50,783 nucleotides of DNA from an uncultured Candidatus Saccharibacteria bacterium (GTDB lineage Bacteria; Patescibacteriota; Saccharimonadia; Saccharimonadales; JALRHH01), in the NCBI GenBank assembly GCA_964639295.1, contig CAZXDT010000001.1:1-50783 (forward strand), read 5' to 3'. Position numbers and translations under genes: made by a program. A model generated the notes under the pieces. That model saw only the letters and a program-made list of their open reading frames with translations, did not search any database and was not told the DNA's origin. Positions within the stretch are counted from its first letter, which is position 1. The number at the start of each line of letters is the position of its first letter. Positions 49,483 to 50,783 of the stretch are shown here, piece after piece.

Positions 49483-49560
49483 TTTGGATTTTCTTCTTTA
49501 CGATACGCAGTCACTGTACTTTAGTACGGCTCCTTTACGTTTCGCAGAACAAAATCCAAA
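49483..49560 (+). repeat. 78-nt element closed by a 10-bp inverted repeat, with internal direct repeats and a palindrome
   Basis: TTTGGATTTT (49483-49492) pairs with AAAATCCAAA (49551-49560). Inside are CTTTACGATACGCAG (49496-49510) and CTTTACGTTTCGCAG (49533-49547), flanking CTGTAC-TTTA-GTACGG (49514-49529). Confidence 0.6.
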
Positions 49561-49602
49561 TTGGCTCAAGTGTAGTGGTGTCAGTGATATAATGAACCAA
49601 AG

Positions 49603-50783
49603 ATGGAACGATTTATTAAGGTAACGAGGGTATGGCTCGCAGACAATTGGCGTCTGTGGTTAGTTATTCTTAGTGGAATTGGTGCAGTTAGCTTTTTACT
49701 CCTCTTCAAACTTGGCAGTCTCGTGGGTGGATTATCAGGGGATGAATACGTGCTTCAGCAGTCAATAGCCCAGAATGCTGTCGGAATGCAATCTATTCTT
49801 AGAGAGCCACTATATTTACCGTATAACTTAGCACTTTATGTCATACAACTTGGTCCATTTCACGGGCCAACTGCTATACGTTCTATCGGAGTGCTGTTTG
49901 GGCTGCTTGGTGCAATTGGGTTCTTCTACATTCTCCGTAAGTGGTATACGCTCAGAATGGCAGTATTTGGGACTGTACTGTTTGCTACATCGAGCTGGTT
50001 TTTACATGCTGCTCGTTATGCCGCACCAGAAGCTAGTTATTTACTCCTACCAATACTGATTGCCGGGGTAGTACACATTCAGTCAAAAGCACGCTCACGC
50101 TTAGTGCTTGGTCTAATAATATTACTTGGCTTGCTAACACTCTACATACCGGGGCTTATTTGGTTCTTGTTACCGGCGCTTATTCTGGAACGACGTATCA
50201 TATTACGAAGCCTCAAATTACAACCTATTTGGTATCTGGGAGTTTTAGGTGTAATGACCGCTGTATTGCTTGCTCCTCTTGTGTTGATGGTTGTGTGGCC
50301 ACTTGCGCAAGGTGATGTTTCCGCAAGCATCTTAGGGTTACTAGGGCTTCCAACAAATCTGCCATCACCAGCTGAATTTGCACGGAACATAGGCCATCTA
50401 GTTGCTAATATATTTGCCTACAACACACAAGGCCCTCTGTATGTTGCCGGGCACTTACCATTGCTTGATGCATGTACCGCAGCACTTGTACTCGTGGGCA
50501 TGTACCGATTTACTGTGCACTTTAAGCTTGATAGGACGAAGCTTATTGCTCTTGTCGGAATTCTTGGGGCAGTACTTATTACTTCTGGTGGTCCAGTTTC
50601 AATCGTATTGTTATTGCCATTTTTGTACTTACTCGCAGTAGAGGCAACCAAGTGGCTACTTGATATGTGGTTAAATGTTTTCCCGCGTAACCCATTGGCC
50701 CGGAGCTTTGGTATCAGTATTGTTGTGGTCTTAATTCTTGCAACGAGCTTCTATCATCTCAACCGATACTACTTGGCCTGGGG
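49603..50783 (+). CDS. polytopic membrane protein, GT-C (ArnT/PMT-like) glycosyltransferase candidate; 3' end outside the window
   Basis: This frame is not in the ORF track because no stop is reached. I translated it by hand from ATG 49603 and it stays open to nt 50783 (MERFIKVTRVWLADNWRLWLVILSG...). It has about 10 hydrophobic helices and a first-loop GDEY acidic motif. An extended -10 (TGATATAAT, 49585-49593) lies 9 nt upstream. Confidence 0.6.
   Translation, partial: MERFIKVTRVWLADNWRLWLVILSGIGAVSFLLLFKLGSLVGGLSGDEYVLQQSIAQNAVGMQSILREPLYLPYNLALYVIQLGPFHGPTAIRSIGVLFGLLGAIGFFYILRKWYTLRMAVFGTVLFATSSWFLHAARYAAPEASYLLLPILIAGVVHIQSKARSRLVLGLIILLGLLTLYIPGLIWFLLPALILERRIILRSLKLQPIWYLGVLGVMTAVLLAPLVLMVVWPLAQGDVSASILGLLGLPTNLPSPAEFARNIGHLVANIFAYNTQGPLYVAGHLPLLDACTAALVLVGMYRFTVHFKLDRTKLIALVGILGAVLITSGGPVSIVLLLPFLYLLAVEATKWLLDMWLNVFPRNPLARSFGISIVVVLILATSFYHLNRYYLAW

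Noticed and set aside
1-50783. CRISPR arrays, transposases, integrases, a reverse transcriptase/DGR (given the repeat-rich Kelch gene), prophage structural genes and rRNA.
   Set aside because: None was seen. The only tandem DNA repeat is the 3 x 10 bp at 38488-38517. The Kelch-gene repeats are divergent coding repeats, and there is no RT or template-repeat partner.

Overview
This is a gene-dense, AT-leaning bacterial chromosome segment read with the standard code; TGA acts as a stop in several ATGA/TAATG gene junctions. The backbone is translation and replication housekeeping: rpoA (3' part)-rplQ-rplM-rpsI, an RNA m5C methyltransferase, trpS, a pseudouridine synthase, holB, tRNA-Thr/tRNA-Tyr, tRNA-Thr plus rpmG, tRNA-Trp, secE-nusG, rplK-rplA, rplJ-rplL and dnaX-dnaB. 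The usually compact rpmG / secE-nusG / rplKA / rplJL string is still colinear on the + strand. It is pulled apart by three accessory-looking blocks. Block A (12.3-26.8 kb) holds an alpha-glucan operon (GT4/5-GH57-GH15), two-component proteins, an SsgB-like protein, a LURP/scramblase-like protein, an M15 peptidase, a zeta-like kinase coupled to a DUF45 hydrolase, and a GT2. Block B (28.0-32.2 kb) holds a 1235-aa membrane-anchored 12-blade Kelch-type surface protein. Block C (34.1-43.7 kb) is a thymidylate/pyrimidine-salvage island with unusual fusions, next to a kinase-cytidylyltransferase-HIT module. The items I rate most worth a second look are listed here.
- An actinobacterial-type SsgB-like gene at 19218-19646.
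- A hand-folded ~155-nt candidate small RNA on the minus strand at 43866-44022, with a near-consensus promoter and an intrinsic terminator.
- The Kelch giant protein.
- The thymidylate island fusions.
- An L1-stalk-like hairpin abutting the rplA Shine-Dalgarno.
- A recurrent GGTAnAAT promoter motif with many near-leaderless genes.
My best guess for the source is a reduced-genome Patescibacteria/CPR organism, Saccharibacteria-like; this is inference only. I saw no rRNA, CRISPR array, transposase, integrase or reverse transcriptase. All RNA structures and coordinates were worked out by hand, and all homology statements are motif recognition from memory, not searches.
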